DNA of 64,000 nucleotides, from the NCBI RefSeq assembly GCF_009914755.1, contig NC_060941.1; one strand, 5' to 3'. The first letter of the stretch is position 1; every line of letters starts with the position of its first letter. Origin of the DNA: the human T2T-CHM13v2.0 reference genome, Homo sapiens. The translations under genes and the position numbers were made by a program. This document shows, piece by piece, positions 1 through 13,156 of the stretch. Below the pieces are notes generated by a model. It worked only from the letters and a program-made list of their open reading frames with translations, ran no database searches and was not told where the DNA came from.

Positions 1-420
1 GGTGCAGAGTTTTAATGCCCTTTCTGGGCACCACCCCCAGGAACCTCCATATGTTCAGCTATCTGGAAGCTCTCTAAACCCTGTCCCTTTGGGTTTTTAT
101 GGAAGTTTCATTATATAGGCAGGTTTGATTACATCATGGGCCATTGATATTTAATTTAATCTTCATCCTCTCTCCCTTTCATGTATGTATGTGTGTGTGT
201 GTGGTGGTTGGGGGAGGTGAGACACTAAAAGTTCTAACCTTGTAATCATACCTTGGTCTTTCAAGTGACCAGCCTGAAGCCATATAGGGGCCCCCAGCCA
301 CCAGTTATCTCTCAAACACACTAAAGACACTCTTATCACACACTCCAGAGATTACGAGGGTTTTAGGAGCTGTATGCCAGGAAACAGAGAAGAAAATCAA
401 ATATACATTTCCCAATGTCA
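1..420. mobile_element. MER21-family LTR (partial, runs off window)
   Basis: Matches recalled MER21 consensus (gttcagctatctggaagctctc...ggttttaggagctgt...ccaggaaac). Confidence 0.8.
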
Positions 421-426
421 AAAATT

Positions 427-1228
427 AAATGGAATATTATTTAATTTTAAAAATAAAGGAAATTCTGACACATTCTACAATATGCATGAACCTTGAAGAC
501 ATTATGCTAAATGAAATGAGCCAGTCACAAAAGGACAGATACTGTAAGGTTCCACTTACAGGAGGTACCTAGAGTAGTCAAATTCATAGAGACTGTACTA
601 ATTTGTTAGGGCTGCCATGACAAAATAGCACAAAGTGGGTGGTTAAAAAACAAAAAGTTATTTTCTCACCTGCTAGAGGCTGGAAGTCCAAGATCAAGGT
701 GTTGGCAGGTTTGGTTTCTTCTGAGACCTGTCTCCTTGGCTTGCAGATGGGCAAGCCCTTTCCTGTTGTGTCCTCACTGGTCTTTTCCTCTGTGCATGAG
801 CATCCTTGGTGTCCCTTCTCTTTCTTATGAGGACACCAGTACTACTGGATTAGGACCCCACCCCAAAAGCCTCATTTTAACTTAATCACCTCCTCTAAAG
901 GTTTTTATTTCAAAATACAGTTATAGTCTGAAATGCTGGGAGTTGAGACTTCAAGGTAAGCATTTGAGAGAGTAGACAATTCAGCCCACAACAGAAACAG
1001 AAAGTTGAATGGTTGTATCCAGGTCCTGGGAGAAGGGAGAATGGGGAGTTATTATTTAATGGCTAAAGTGTTTTAGTTAGAGAAGATGAAGAAAAAATTT
1101 CTAGAGATAGATGGTGCTTATAGTTGCACCACAATGCAAATGCCCTTAATACCACTAAACTGTACACTTAAAATGGCTAAAAGTGTAAATTTCATGTTAC
1201 ATATATTTTTATCACATTTTCAATTAAA
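427..1228 (+). mobile_element. L1MB-type 3' end, interrupted by MLT1 LTR
   Basis: gaaccttgaagacattatgctaaatgaaat...gtcacaaaaggaca and tgtacacttaaaatgg motifs of old L1 3' ends. Confidence 0.75.
594..992 (-). mobile_element. MLT1 (MaLR) solo LTR
   Basis: TG...CA ends, ggctggaagtccaagatcaaggtg core, 5-bp TSD gagac/gaaac. Confidence 0.8.
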
Positions 1229-1234
1229 ACAGCG

Positions 1235-2460
1235 TGGTTCTTTCAACAAATGTGCTGGCACAATTGGATATCAATAATAAAAATAAACTTGGATTCTTAT
1301 CTCATACCATACACAAAAATCAACTCAAATGGATTATAGTCCTAACTGTAAGAGCTAAAGCCCTAGAAATAAAACATAGGAGAAAATCTAATGACTTTGA
1401 GTGAAGCAAAGTTTTCTTAAATACAACATCGAAAGAACAATCCATAAGAGAAAAATTTAGTACATTTAACGTCAAAATTAGAAACTTCTGTTCTTGAAAA
1501 GACACTGTTAAGAATTTTTTAAATCACAGAATGAAAAAATATTTACAAGTAACATATCTGAAAAGGATTTGTATCCAGAATGTAAAGAACTCCTATAACT
1601 CAATAATAAGAAGGCAAACAACCCAATTAAAAATGGGCAAGATAATTAAATACACATTTCATCAAAGAAGATAAATGAATAATAAACACATCAAAAAGAC
1701 GCTTGATACAAGTAGTTCTTAGGGTAATGCAGTTAAGAGTACAATGGAGATGCAATTATTATACACCTCCTAGAATAGCTAAAGTCGAAAGGATTGATCA
1801 TATCAGGTGTCAGAAATGCTGTGAAGAAGGTGAAATCCTAATTCAGTGCTGGTGGGAATGTATAGTGGAAGAATCACTTGGAAAACAGTTTGTTAGTTTC
1901 TTCAAAGTTAAATATAAATTTACCAATAGACCCATCAATTCCACTCCTAACTATTCACCCAAAAGAAATGAAGTTATGTCCACACAAAAACTTGTAGGAG
2001 TATGTTCATAGCAGCATTATTTATAAGAGCTGTGGAAGCAATACAAGTGTTCATCAACTGGAGAAAAGAGAAACACAATGTGACATATTTACATAATGAA
2101 ATACTATTTGATAATAAAAAGGAACAAACTACCGATACAGGTTACAACATGGTTGAACCTCAAAAGCATGATGGTAAGTGAAAAAAGTCAGATACAAAAG
2201 GCCACCTATTGAATGACTCCATTTATATGAAATATCCAGAAAAAGAACATCTATATAGACTGAAAATCAGTGGTTTCCTGGGCCAAGGTGGGAGTAGGGA
2301 TTAGCTACAGATGGTTATGGAGAAGTTTTTTAGGGGATAAAAATGTTCTACATTTGAGTTATGGTGATGGTTACACACTATAACTAAAAATCATTGACTT
2401 GTACTTTTACAACAGGTATTTTTGTGGTAGGTAAATTATACCTCAATAAAGCTGTTAAAA
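1235..2460 (+). mobile_element. Old L1M ORF2 end and 3'UTR
   Basis: Degenerate ORF2 C-terminal sequence (tgctggtgggaatgta, caattccactccta) ending in ctcaataaagctgtt. Confidence 0.8.
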
Positions 2461-2604
2461 TTTATTTTTGAAAGACAAAATACTGTTTATTAAATGCTAC
2501 TGTGAGACAAAATAGGAAGGGGGCTGAGAAGAGGATGTGAAGGTCATTAGTGTTACTTTTAATATTAATAAATGAACTTTCCTTCTTGATAAACACATGT
2601 TCAC

Positions 2605-2980
2605 TGTATTAGTCTGTTGTTGCATTGCTAAAAAGAACTACCTGAGCCTGAGTAATTTATAAAGAAGAGAGGTGTAATTGGCTCATGGTTCTGCAGGCTG
2701 GACATGAAGCATGGTTGGGGAAGCCTCAGGACACTTACAATCATGGCAGAAGGTGAAGGGGAAGCAGGCACGTCTTACATGGCTGAAACAGGAGGAAGAG
2801 GGTGAAGGGGGAGGCGCTACACACTTTTAACAAGATCACGTGACAACTCACTATCATGAGAACAGCAAGGGAGGATTCCACTCCTGTGGTTCAATCACCT
2901 CCCACGAGGCCCTTTCTCCAATATTGGGGATTACAATTTGACATGAGATTTGGGCAGAGACACAAATCCAAACCATATCC
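2605..2980 (-). mobile_element. MSTA (MaLR) solo LTR
   Basis: tgtattagtc...ccaaaccatatc; 5-bp TSD ttcac on both sides. Confidence 0.85.
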
Positions 2981-3277
2981 TTCACATCTGACCACTTAGA
3001 AAGTACAGATCATTCAAAAATGAAGAAATTACAATAAAAGCCCCCATAGTGCAAAGACAAACCCTGCTAACATTTTGGCCAATGCACCTTCAAACTTTTG
3101 TAACATTTTGGCTGATACATTTTCAACTTTTTTAAATTGGAAATTTATTTTGTTGATTCATGATAAACGTACATATTTTCAGGGGCATATGTGATATTTA
3201 ATACATTCATCTAATTTGTAAAGATCAAGTCAGTGTATTTGGAATATCTACCACCTTAAATATTTGTCTTTATGCTA

Positions 3278-3359
3278 TTAGGTTGGTGCAAAAGTAATTG
3301 CTATTTCTGCCACTGTTAAACTAATGGAAAAAACAGCAATTACTTTTGCACCAACCTAA
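3278..3359. mobile_element. MADE1 (Hsmar1 MITE), full length
   Basis: ttaggttggtgcaaaagtaattgc...gcaattacttttgcaccaacctaa with TA TSDs. Confidence 0.95.
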
Positions 3360-3711
3360 TAGAAACTTTCAAATTATTCATTTCTAACTATGTTTAAATA
3401 TGCAATAGATTATTGTAAACTATAGTCATCCTATTGATCTAACATTCAGTCTTATTTCTATCAAACTATATTTGCACATTTGCACCCATATAATCAATCT
3501 CTCTTCATCCCGTCTTCCCTCAACCTTTCCCAGCCTCTAGTAACCACCAATCTACTCTCTGTTTTCTCTGCCACTTTTTCAGCTTCCACATATGAGTAAG
3601 AATGTGCAATATTTGTCTTTCTGTGCCTGGCTTATTTCATGTAACATAATGATCTCCAGTTCCATCCATGTTGCTGCAAATGACAGTTTCCTTCTCCTCC
3701 TCCTCCTTCTC

Positions 3712-3742
<31 letters not shown>

Positions 3743-3945
3743 GAGATGGAGCCTTGCTCTGTCGTCCAGTCTGGAGTGCAGTGGCATGATCTCTGCTCAC
3801 TGCAACCTCCGCCTCCCGAGTTCAAGCGATTCTCCTGCCTCAACCTCCTGAGTAGCTGGGACTATAGGCATGTGTCACCACACCCGGCTAATTTTTTGTA
3901 TTTTTAGTAGAGATGGGGTTTCACCATGTTAGCCAGGATGGTCTC
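3712..3945 (-). mobile_element. Alu (S-type), 5'-truncated
   Basis: Antisense Alu body with T-rich tail; ends at ggtctc. Confidence 0.9.
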
Positions 3946-4535
3946 CTTCTTCTTTATGGCAAAAAAGTTCCATCATGTATATATACATTTTCCTTTTCCA
4001 TTCAACCATTCATGAGCACTTAAACTGAGTCCGTATTTTGGCTATTGCGAATAATGCTACAATAAACTTGGGAGTGCAGGTATCTTCCTGATATACTGAT
4101 TTACTTTCTTTTGGATATATATCTAGTAGGGAAATCGCTGGATCATACGGTAGTTCTAGTTTTAGTTTTTTGAGGACCCTCCATATTGTTTTCCATAGTG
4201 GCTGTACTAATTTACATCCCCACCAACAGTATACAAGGGTTCTCCTTTCTCCACATCCTCGCCAGCATCTGTTATTGCCTGTATTTTTTATAAAAGCCAT
4301 TTTAACTGGGGTGAGAGGATATCTCATTGTGGTCTTAATTTTCATTTCCTGATGATTAGTGATGTTGAGCATTTTTTCAAATATCTGTTGGACATTTGTA
4401 TGTCTTGTTTTGAGAAATGACTATTTAGATCTTTTGCCCATTAAAAAAATATTACTTTTTGTTTGTTTGTTTGCTTACTGAGTTTGAGCTCCTTATAGAT
4501 TCTGGTTATTAACTATATTGTCAAACTTTTATGTA

Positions 4536-4727
4536 AAAGGAGAATAGAGGCTAACTATGTATATATTTTTATATATATATTTGTTGTATGTTTATCATAT
4601 ATGCTATAAAGGATATACATGTTTATTATATATACTATATATGCTTACAACAAAGGAGAATAGAGGCTAACTATATATATACATATATGTATATTTGTTA
4701 TATATGTTTATTATATATGCTATAAAG
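4536..4727. repeat. Two-copy ~116-bp tandem repeat with (TA)n-rich interior
   Basis: aaaggagaatagaggctaactat...atatgctataaag occurs at ~4536 and ~4652. Confidence 0.85.
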
Positions 4728-4982
4728 TGGCCTCTGGTAGTATGTAAAAGGCCTGGGAACAGGAACTCTTTGGGAAAAGCCCCCGTTGTCAAACTATCTG
4801 CCAAGAATTGGCAACAATAAGTAAACAATGGAAATGATTAGCTTCTTTCTCTTTATTTCCAAATCATTTGTCAGTTTTCCCAACACCACCTTGTTAAATA
4901 ACCTACCCTTTACCTACTAATCTGAAATGCCAGCTTCATCATGAAACACATTCTCATATGCTCTGGATCTGTTACTGGGCTT
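4720..4982 (+). repeat. Dispersed direct duplication A, copy 1 (partner 9800-10061)
   Basis: Manual alignment gives ~28 differences over ~260 bp. Confidence 0.9.
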
Positions 4983-5056
4983 TGTACTTTGTAGCCTTCC
5001 TTGATTTTTATTCACATATTGTAAACATTCCTCATTATCAACAAATGTGTGTTTCT

Positions 5057-5403
5057 TTTCCTTTTTTTTTGTTTCTTTTTTTTGTTGTTGTTGTTTTTTG
5101 TTTTGTTTTTTGTTTTTTTTTTTGAGATGGTGTCTCGCTCTGTCACCCAATCTGGAGTGCAGTGGTGCGATCTCGGCTCACTGCAAGCTCCGCCTCCTGG
5201 TTTCAAGCAATTCTCCTGCCTCAGCCTTCTGAGTAGCTGAGACTACAGGCGCCCACCACCACACCCGGCTAATTTTTGTACTTTTAGTCGAGACGGGGTT
5301 TCACCATATTGGCCAGGCTGGTCTGCAACTCCTGACCTCATGATCCGCCCACCTCGGCCTCCCAAAGTGCTGGGATTACAGGCGTGAGTCACCATGCCCG
5401 GCC
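5057..5403 (-). mobile_element. AluS (Sg-like)
   Basis: Full dimer; TSD aacaaatgtRtRtttct. Confidence 0.95.
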
Positions 5404-5660
5404 AACAAATGTATATTTCTATAACATTGTTTTTAATAGTTCACTGTCAGCCATTGCATGTATAATCAACATATAATTAAAGTGTACTTTTTGTGGCAAT
5501 TTACTTTAAATTCTTCAATACAACCAGTGTGATATGTGTGAGAACAAACCAATATGAACCCACATCTTGGGCCTGGCCAATTAGCATAAGAGATGTCCTG
5601 ATATGAAATATCTTCAGGTTGGCTAAACTGGGTAAGGAATGTTAGAATAAGTTTTGATTG

Positions 5661-5984
5661 GGCCAGGCGCAGTGGCTCACGCCTGTAATCCCAGCACTTC
5701 GGGAGGCCGAGGCGGGCAGATCACGAGGTCAGATCAAGACCATCCTGGCTAATGCAGTGAAACCTCGACTCGACTAAAAATACAAAAAATTAGCCAGGCG
5801 TGGTGGTGGCGGGCACCTGTAGTCCCAGCTACTCGAGAAGCTGAGGCAAGAGAATGGCGTGAACCCAGGGGGTGGAGCTTGCAGTCAGCCAAGATCGTGC
5901 CACTGCACTCCAGCCTGAGCGACAGAGTGAGACTCCGTCTAAAACAAAACAAAACAAAACAAAACAAAACAAAAACAAAGAAAA
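5661..5984 (+). mobile_element. AluY
   Basis: Y-diagnostic gaatggcgtgaacc and gagcttgc; (AAAAC)n tail; TSD agaat(aa)gttttgatt. Confidence 0.95.
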
Positions 5985-7529
5985 GAATGTTTTGATTTAA
6001 GTAGACTTGATCAGTAGTATTGAAGGTTTGACTGGGTAGGAATGGTTAACAGGACCCACTGCCCTCTGTGAATATAATATAAAACAGTTAGTTTCAACAG
6101 TTTATGCTTCCACTGTGGAAGATCCTACTGCCTTGAATTCTACTCCAAGGACAGCCTTAAGAACATAATTGCATTGTCAGCCTTTCAGACAAAGTGATGG
6201 TAGGGGTAGTTAAAGGTGTAAAAAAAGCAAACAACCAAAGAAAGTTTGTAACTGTGCATCTTCTTACAATCTCTGTACATTAGTTGGAATTTGATCTAAG
6301 ACTTGGTTTTATTACTATGTCACCACTTAGGGAGGCTGTAAGGACTGTATCTCTGCTCCCTGCCTTTCACTACTAGAGGCTACCCAATTCACACACCCAC
6401 CCACCCAAACACACACCCCACAGGATCATCAAACAACCAAATTGGTCTTGAGTTGGTTTAACACGGTCCACACACAGTTATAGAGTTGGGCAACTCTATA
6501 GCCATGAGCTGAGTGCCAATTGATGAAAGCCAGGGTGCTGCTGGTGCCTCCAATGCCAGAGCTGTGTGTTAGTACAAAAGCCTGGCACCAGTCCCTCCTA
6601 AAACTGCAGAGGAAGTCTGTCTCCCTCTCTCTCACACACACCAGAGTTGTCTTCAAGATCGCTGCTCCCCATTCCTCTCTAGCTGGAGCTAGAGTCCAGC
6701 ATTTCTATCCGCTGACCTTTAAAGCCTAAAGGGATGGACAAGGGCAGAGCCTCCGTAACTACCACTCCTACTGAAGCAGCTGTGTCCCCAGATGTTGTGA
6801 AGTGTTCTAAAAGAAGGTGGTCATGCATAAACATTGAGTTATTCTAGGTAGCTCTTCGTGGCCTCCAATAGTTTCAGGTAGGTGGCAAGTAGCTAGTCTT
6901 ACACAGTCTTGTTCACCAGGGTCTAACGAAAGAGAATCTCCAACCAAAATCTCATATGAGGTGTTTATTAGACAAAAACAATTATTAACAGGAGGGCACA
7001 CAGGCAATTCTTATAACCTGCTGGGTCAGCTCAGTGAAGTCCTGCTCTCTGGTGACCTTCCACAAAAGGCTCACTTGAGGCAGACCCAACAATCTGGATG
7101 CAGAATTCAGTTAACTTTATAGCTGGTATCAGGGAACCAGAGTCCTCCAAAATTATGGCTGTTCATGGAACTTTTCAGATGCACGCATTAAAAAGGTACA
7201 CATTAAGATTCTTGCTAGATATTATATACCATTTATGAAAAGTTGGGAAGGCTTTCTAAAATATTTTAGCCAATTCATATTTTTGGAACACCATGATTTC
7301 ACCAATGAAGATCCATTTCTAGCACTTGTGATGCTAACTAGTATTGATCAAAGATATTGATCAGAAACAAAGACAACTGAAGCCTTCTGATAGCCCTCTT
7401 TGGTGGGTGGGCTTTCCAACTACAATGCTAGCTTACCACTCCTATGGTGTGCATTCTTGAGTTAAGCAACTAAGCACAACTATGGTACCATCAATCACAC
7501 ACATAACTAACATTCCTTATGCTGAAGTA

Positions 7530-7706
7530 CTCTTATTTTACGAATCTAAGATGCAAAGATTTTAAGACACACTTTTTTTTTGCATCTCTGGAGGGAAAAC
7601 ATTGTCAAATATAATTTTACTGCACCATTGACTGTAAGATATACCCAGGTATCAGAAATGTTAAAATGTGAAACAAAATTGTGTGTCTTAGAATTGAGGA
7701 TATACC
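7530..7706. mobile_element. MER104-like TcMar-Tc2 DNA transposon fossil
   Basis: tattttacgaatctaagatgca...gtcttagaattgaggatatac degenerate TIRs. Confidence 0.6.
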
Positions 7707-7928
7707 TAAAATGAAATTATAAACATCATAACAGTGAGCCTGTGTTAGTCTGTACCGAGGCATGTTTACATGTTGTTTTCCTTAAGGATGTAAGTTTTTT
7801 CCACGTTTGGCTTCTAGCCTTCAAGTAAAATCCAGCTTCCTGTTCCCACTTTTCTTATCCTTAAAAAAATTTCTCTCTGTAGGGCTCCATGTCATCTGGC
7901 CTATTTTAATGACTTTGAAAGTAAGATG

Positions 7929-8117
7929 CAGTGTTTCTCAAAGTATGAACTGTGAAACGCCCTGCATCAGAATCAGTTTGGTTGCTTGTTAAAAACATGG
8001 ATATCCTGACTCCACTTGGAGCAAGTGAATTAGTATTCCTAGAGGTGGTACCAGAAATTTGCATTTTACCAGCCCCTCCAGGTGATTCCAATGCATACCA
8101 AGGTTTAAGAACAACTG
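7929..8117. mobile_element. MER5 (hAT-Charlie)
   Basis: cagtgtttctcaaagt...tgcatcagaatc...tttaagaacaactg. Confidence 0.85.
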
Positions 8118-8234
8118 TCCTAAGAAAAAAACACAGCAATAAAATGCCCTTTTACATAAAAAGAGAGAAGAAATATTACATATTGGTCACTAATGTAGAG
8201 CATGTAACACACCTTGCAGGACAGGGATGATAAA

Positions 8235-8400
8235 GTGAGGCAGAGACTGGTTATATGTTCACCAAACCCATTTTCTTCTTCTGGCAACAAGCCAAATTCC
8301 ATTCCCAGCCTTCCTGGCAGTGGTAGGAGGATATGCTATTGAGTACTAGCCACTGAAATGTGGGTAGAAAGGATATTGGCCACTTCCAGTGTTGGATTCT
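8235..8400 (+). mobile_element. Old MLT1 (H-K type) LTR fragment
   Basis: cattcccagccttcctggcag...gccactgaaatgtgggtagaa. Confidence 0.55.
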
Positions 8401-8609
8401 CAATCTCCTTCGGTATCCTGCAGACATCTATCCTCTTTGTTCTTTAGCCCTCAGAAAACAGAAGATGTGGCAGCTTCTTAGTTTATAGTATAAATGAAGA
8501 TGAAATGGGGTAGTCGAGAAGAGAAAAATCCTATTTGCCAAGAGCTTCACCAAATGAAAAGCAAAAAGAAGATACTTTCAAAGGGGGTATGCCATTTGGG
8601 CATGCTTAG

Positions 8610-8960
8610 GGTCTTAGTCCATTCAGGTTTCTATAACAAAATACCTTAGATGGGATAATTTGTAAACAACAAAAATGTATTACTCACAGTTCTGGAGGCT
8701 GGGAAATCCAAGATCAAAGTGCCAGAAGATTCGATGTCGGTAAGGGCCTGTTCCTCTTAGATGGTGCCTTCTATGTGTCCTCACATGGCAGGAAGGATAA
8801 ATGAACTCCCTCAGGCCTCTTTTATAAGGGAACTACTCCCATTCATGAAGTCTCTACCCTTGACCTAGTCACCTCTTGAAGTTCCCACCTTTTAATACCA
8901 ACACACTAGAGATTATATTTCAACTTATAAATTTTGAAGGACGCAAACATTCAGACCAGG
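8610..8960 (-). mobile_element. MLT1A solo LTR
   Basis: tcttagtccattcagg...ctcacagttctggaggctggg...aaacattcagacca. Confidence 0.85.
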
Positions 8961-9799
8961 GGCACTTAATCATATCATTCTCTAGTCTGCCAATGGATGC
9001 ATCTGTCCCCACTTATGTTCCACTCAGGAAATGTACTTGCTCAAGAGACTTTCACAATAAATCAAACCAGGAAAATTATTTATCAGGCAGACAGCGTGCC
9101 AGAGAAGGGAAGTCTTTGTGCTGCAGAAAAACTGACAGTGACCTTTGAAATCCTTATGCAGTTTGTCCAAAAAACTCCAGAGTGTCCTAAAGAATGGAGT
9201 AAGTTAAGAGAGATAAGATAAAAATTCAGAAGGAATATAACACCTCAAGAAAAATGAAATTTTTGGGAAAGATTCTGAAGAGAATTGTAGGGGCACTCTC
9301 TTTAGTAGAGGGAGGGCTGTTGTTCACCTGCTAGATACAGGTGTGTGCTGGTTAATTATACTTAGTTCCTTGATAGACTGATACTGCATTGGTTGCAATA
9401 TCTGACTGGTACGTGCCAATGACACAAGGAAACAACAGTTGTTAAGTATTTTGAGTATCCTTCCTGGATGTGGGGAGAGGGTGTGCAGAGGCAATGGAAA
9501 TGCTGAAAGGAGCACCATGAGAATGCTCAGGGAGTGTTAAAGGCCTTTATGAAAGCGTGATTCTAGAAAGTCATCTTGTTTAGTGATGGTGCTATTCCTG
9601 ACCTTGTCAACCTATATACTCACCCTCCTTCAGCTCCCATGCTGGGGGAATCCAATATCTAGTTTCATGCTATCAAATGCATGCAGGGCAGTGAACTAAG
9701 AGGGTTATAATATAAAGACTTCTTGGTTTTTGAAATATGCAGCCATTTAAATCATCAAGTGAAGCCAGATAGCTTAATGGTGATTATTCTTTGCAATTC

Positions 9800-10061
9800 C
9801 TAGAAAGTAGCCTCTGGTAGTATGTAAAAGGCCTGGGAACAGGGACTTTCTGAGAAAAGCCCCAGTTGTCAAACTCTCTGCCAAGAATTAGCAGCAGTAA
9901 GTAAAAGATGGAAATTATTATTTTTTTCTCTTTATTTCCAAATCATTTGTCAGTGTTCCCAACACCATTTGTTAAATAATCTACCACGTACCTACTAATC
10001 TGAAATGCCGCCTTCATCATGAAACACATTCTCATATGTTCTTGGATCTATTACTGGGCTT
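9800..10061 (+). repeat. Dispersed direct duplication A, copy 2 (partner 4720-4982)
   Basis: Manual alignment with 4720-4982. Confidence 0.9.
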
Positions 10062-11666
10062 AGTTTATTCCTCCTTATTTTCTGTGAAGTACAGAGTTTG
10101 AAATATATCTTTTAAATCAAACTAATTAATTACACATTTTAGCTTTTTAACCTTTTATATTTTGCCTATTGATCTGTCAAAGACTTAAAGAGGTATAATA
10201 TGTTTCCTGCCACGATTCTAATTCTGTCAATTTCTCCGTGAATATAAACTATTTTGCTATTACATATTTTGGTGTAAAATTATTCTCCAGATAAAAGTTT
10301 GTGTCAGTTATATATTAGCTGCAAATTATAACTTTTATCAAAACAAAATGAGGCTTCCAGTTTAAAAAATCATAGAGAAAATGTGTTTTGGTTTCTGCCT
10401 CTTCTCGAAATCGTTCCAAAGCAACAAAGAGAAACTGAAACCTAAATTCCATCTTTGGTGAAACCCGTAGACATCTCCAGCCCACATTACAGTAAGTGGA
10501 GAAGGAAAGTCAATAGGCGAATATTAAATGACTCAGCAATAGGAGAAAGGCCAAACTTACTTATAGTGGAGGGGGAAACTGATAAGAAACAAATCATTAT
10601 GCTTGGCCAGGTCCTGGAAAGCTTTAGGAATTGGATGCTCCAAATGCCAAAGTCAGAGGTATGGTAGAGCTGATAACGAGGGGGTTATTTGAAAGTCTGT
10701 ACAAAAAGCAGTTATGTCCAATATTCTCTGCTCTGCCTACCACTATCCTGCATAGTCAGGCAGTTACTGCCAATATAAAGCAAGAGACAAATATTTTAAA
10801 ACATGGAACCAGAGAGCCTGTAAACTAAGCCACGTTAAACATCGAGAGGCACCAGGGTGAGAGGTAGAATTGAAAATAGAAGAGTTAAGTAAAAGTCTGC
10901 ATACTGAATGAAACGAACACCTACCAGATTCAGAATTCTGCATGGTGGGGTAGAGGAACTAAACCTTCTACACACACCCAAAGAAAAGACCTAACTACTC
11001 TGATATTTGGATTCCCAAAGGAAAAACCAGCTGGTTTTTTATTTGCCATAGAATGAAGTCAACCACTTCCATCTATGTAACTTTCCATTGTTATTGCCTT
11101 ACTCTTAAATATGAGTGGAATCATATAAGCTGAGAATCACCATATCTCTAAAGAAAGCTTCTGGTATTAAAAAAAATCGAAGCAAAAAAAAAGAGGGAAG
11201 AAAGAAAATCAGCAATAGTAGAAACAATGCAGGAAACAAACTTTAAAGAAATTGTAATTAATATTCTCACAGATAATAAAACAATACATCTGTATAATAA
11301 GTATAGGATGCTCTTTACAAAATGGGGGAGAAATTAGAGATCAAAAACAACTTTTGGAAATTAAAAACATGATAACTATAATTTAAAGCTCAATAGAGTT
11401 TGGAAAACAAAATTTAAGGGTCTGTAAGAAATTAGAACAAATGATAAAGAAATAGAGAAGAGGGAGGAATCCTAGCTTTAGAAAGCAAAAAATTAAGGAA
11501 ATGTAGGAGAAAATATATCAGGGGACTAATGAAAATTAACCTTCTTATAACTAAAAGATAAGAGATTCTAGTTTAAAGTGTACCTCGCATAATGCATGAT
11601 AAGATGCTCACATCAGTTCACACAACTGATGTGAAATTTCAGGACCATGAGATAAAGAGAGGATTC

Positions 11667-12124
11667 TGGGGTTGTTAGTTTTATGTATCAAATTAACTGG
11701 GCTAAGGGCTGCCCAGATAGCTGGTAAAACAATATTTCTTGGTATGCCTGTAAGGGTGTTTCTGGAGAAGATTAACATTTCAATCAGTAGACTGAGTAAA
11801 AAAGACCCACGCTCACCAGCGTAGGTAGGCACTATTCAGTATGTCGAGGGTCTGATGGAATAAAAAGGTGGAGGAAAGGCAAACTCTCTCTTCTTGATCT
11901 GGGACATCCATCTTCTCTTGCCATAGGACACTAAAGTTCCTGGTATTCGGTTTTGTCCAAATTATATAACTGGCTTTCTTGGCTCTCCAGCTTGCATATG
12001 GCATACTGTGGGACTTCTTGGCCCTTATAATCGAGTGAGTCAATTCCCATAATAAATCTCCTTTTATTCATATCTATCTAGATATCCTATGGTTTTGTTT
12101 CCCTGAAGAGCCCTGACTATTATA
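11667..12124 (+). mobile_element. MLT2 (ERVL) solo LTR
   Basis: ttttatgtatcaa...ctgggctaagggctgcccagatagctggtaaaac...gtttccctgaagagccctgacta. Confidence 0.85.
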
Positions 12125-12839
12125 AACCCAAAAACATAGAAGATGGATTGAGAAATGGGTCACAAACAAAGGATCAGGAGTCAGAATAGCACCAGACTTC
12201 AGAAGAGAGGAACTAGAAAGAAATGGGGCAAAGACTTCAAAAATCTGAGAGAAGTATTTTCTAACCTAGAATACCAGACTGGCAAAGTTTTCAATTAAGT
12301 GTTGGGTAGAAATGCAAAAGCCTAAAGAAAGCAATAATTACCGCACATCTTTTTCTTTTTCTTTTTTTTTTCCTTCCAGAAGGCAACTGAAGGATGTGCT
12401 TGGACCTAATTTTGGTAGTAATCCAAGAAAAAGAAAGAGAGGACTCAGAAAACTGGAGGAGGGAATAAAGGGATGTGACAAAGCTAAGTCCCAGGCTGAC
12501 AGTCTGGCAGCAAGCCTAGAAAGCAGTTCATTTACATGGGAGCAGAAGGGTAGAGACTCTAGTGGTGATGTCTCCTGAAAAAGGCTTGAAATAATAGAAT
12601 ATATGCCAGATTTAAACACATGGAACTTATATTGAGAAATATCTTACAGAGCTTTTGGTATTTATGGAAAAACTTAGCCACAAGTTCAAGAAAGGAAAAG
12701 AAACTAAGCAAATACAAATAATGAAGCAAGCATTGATTCCGGGCAAATATGTACAAGAACATAAATATTCATAATATATAACTGGTTAAGCAGTTAGCAC
12801 TATTCACATAGTAATGGTAATAAAAACGTTGGTGACTGA

Positions 12840-13125
12840 TTCTGTTAGCTACTTTGCCAATTCCTACACCCCTTTTTTCCTATCAAAATATCAATTTTGT
12901 TCAGGCAGCAATGTGTCTATCTGAAAATCTGTGCAATGCTAGATTATCTTGCAGTGTGAGATAGCCATGTGACTCGGTGCCTGCTGAGACATGTGCTAAG
13001 GGTTCCTGGGGAAGTTTTCATTTTCCTTTCTCCTTCTTGTACCTCTTCTTTTTTCCTTCCTGCAACATGGATATAATGCCAGAGGTGCAGCAGCTACCTT
13101 ATGATCATAAGAAAACACACACACG

Positions 13126-13156
<31 letters not shown>

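Larger units (their letters stand above)
3140..4525 (-). mobile_element. L1MA 3' fragment (5'-truncated), interrupted by MADE1 and an Alu
   Basis: Minus ORF 4010-4372 translates to the L1 ORF2 C-terminus ([25 protein letters not shown]). Confidence 0.85.

Noticed and set aside
13114-13156. (CA)n tracts here and at ~25947 and ~32447 as Z-DNA regulatory elements
   Set aside because: Ordinary microsatellites with no supporting context
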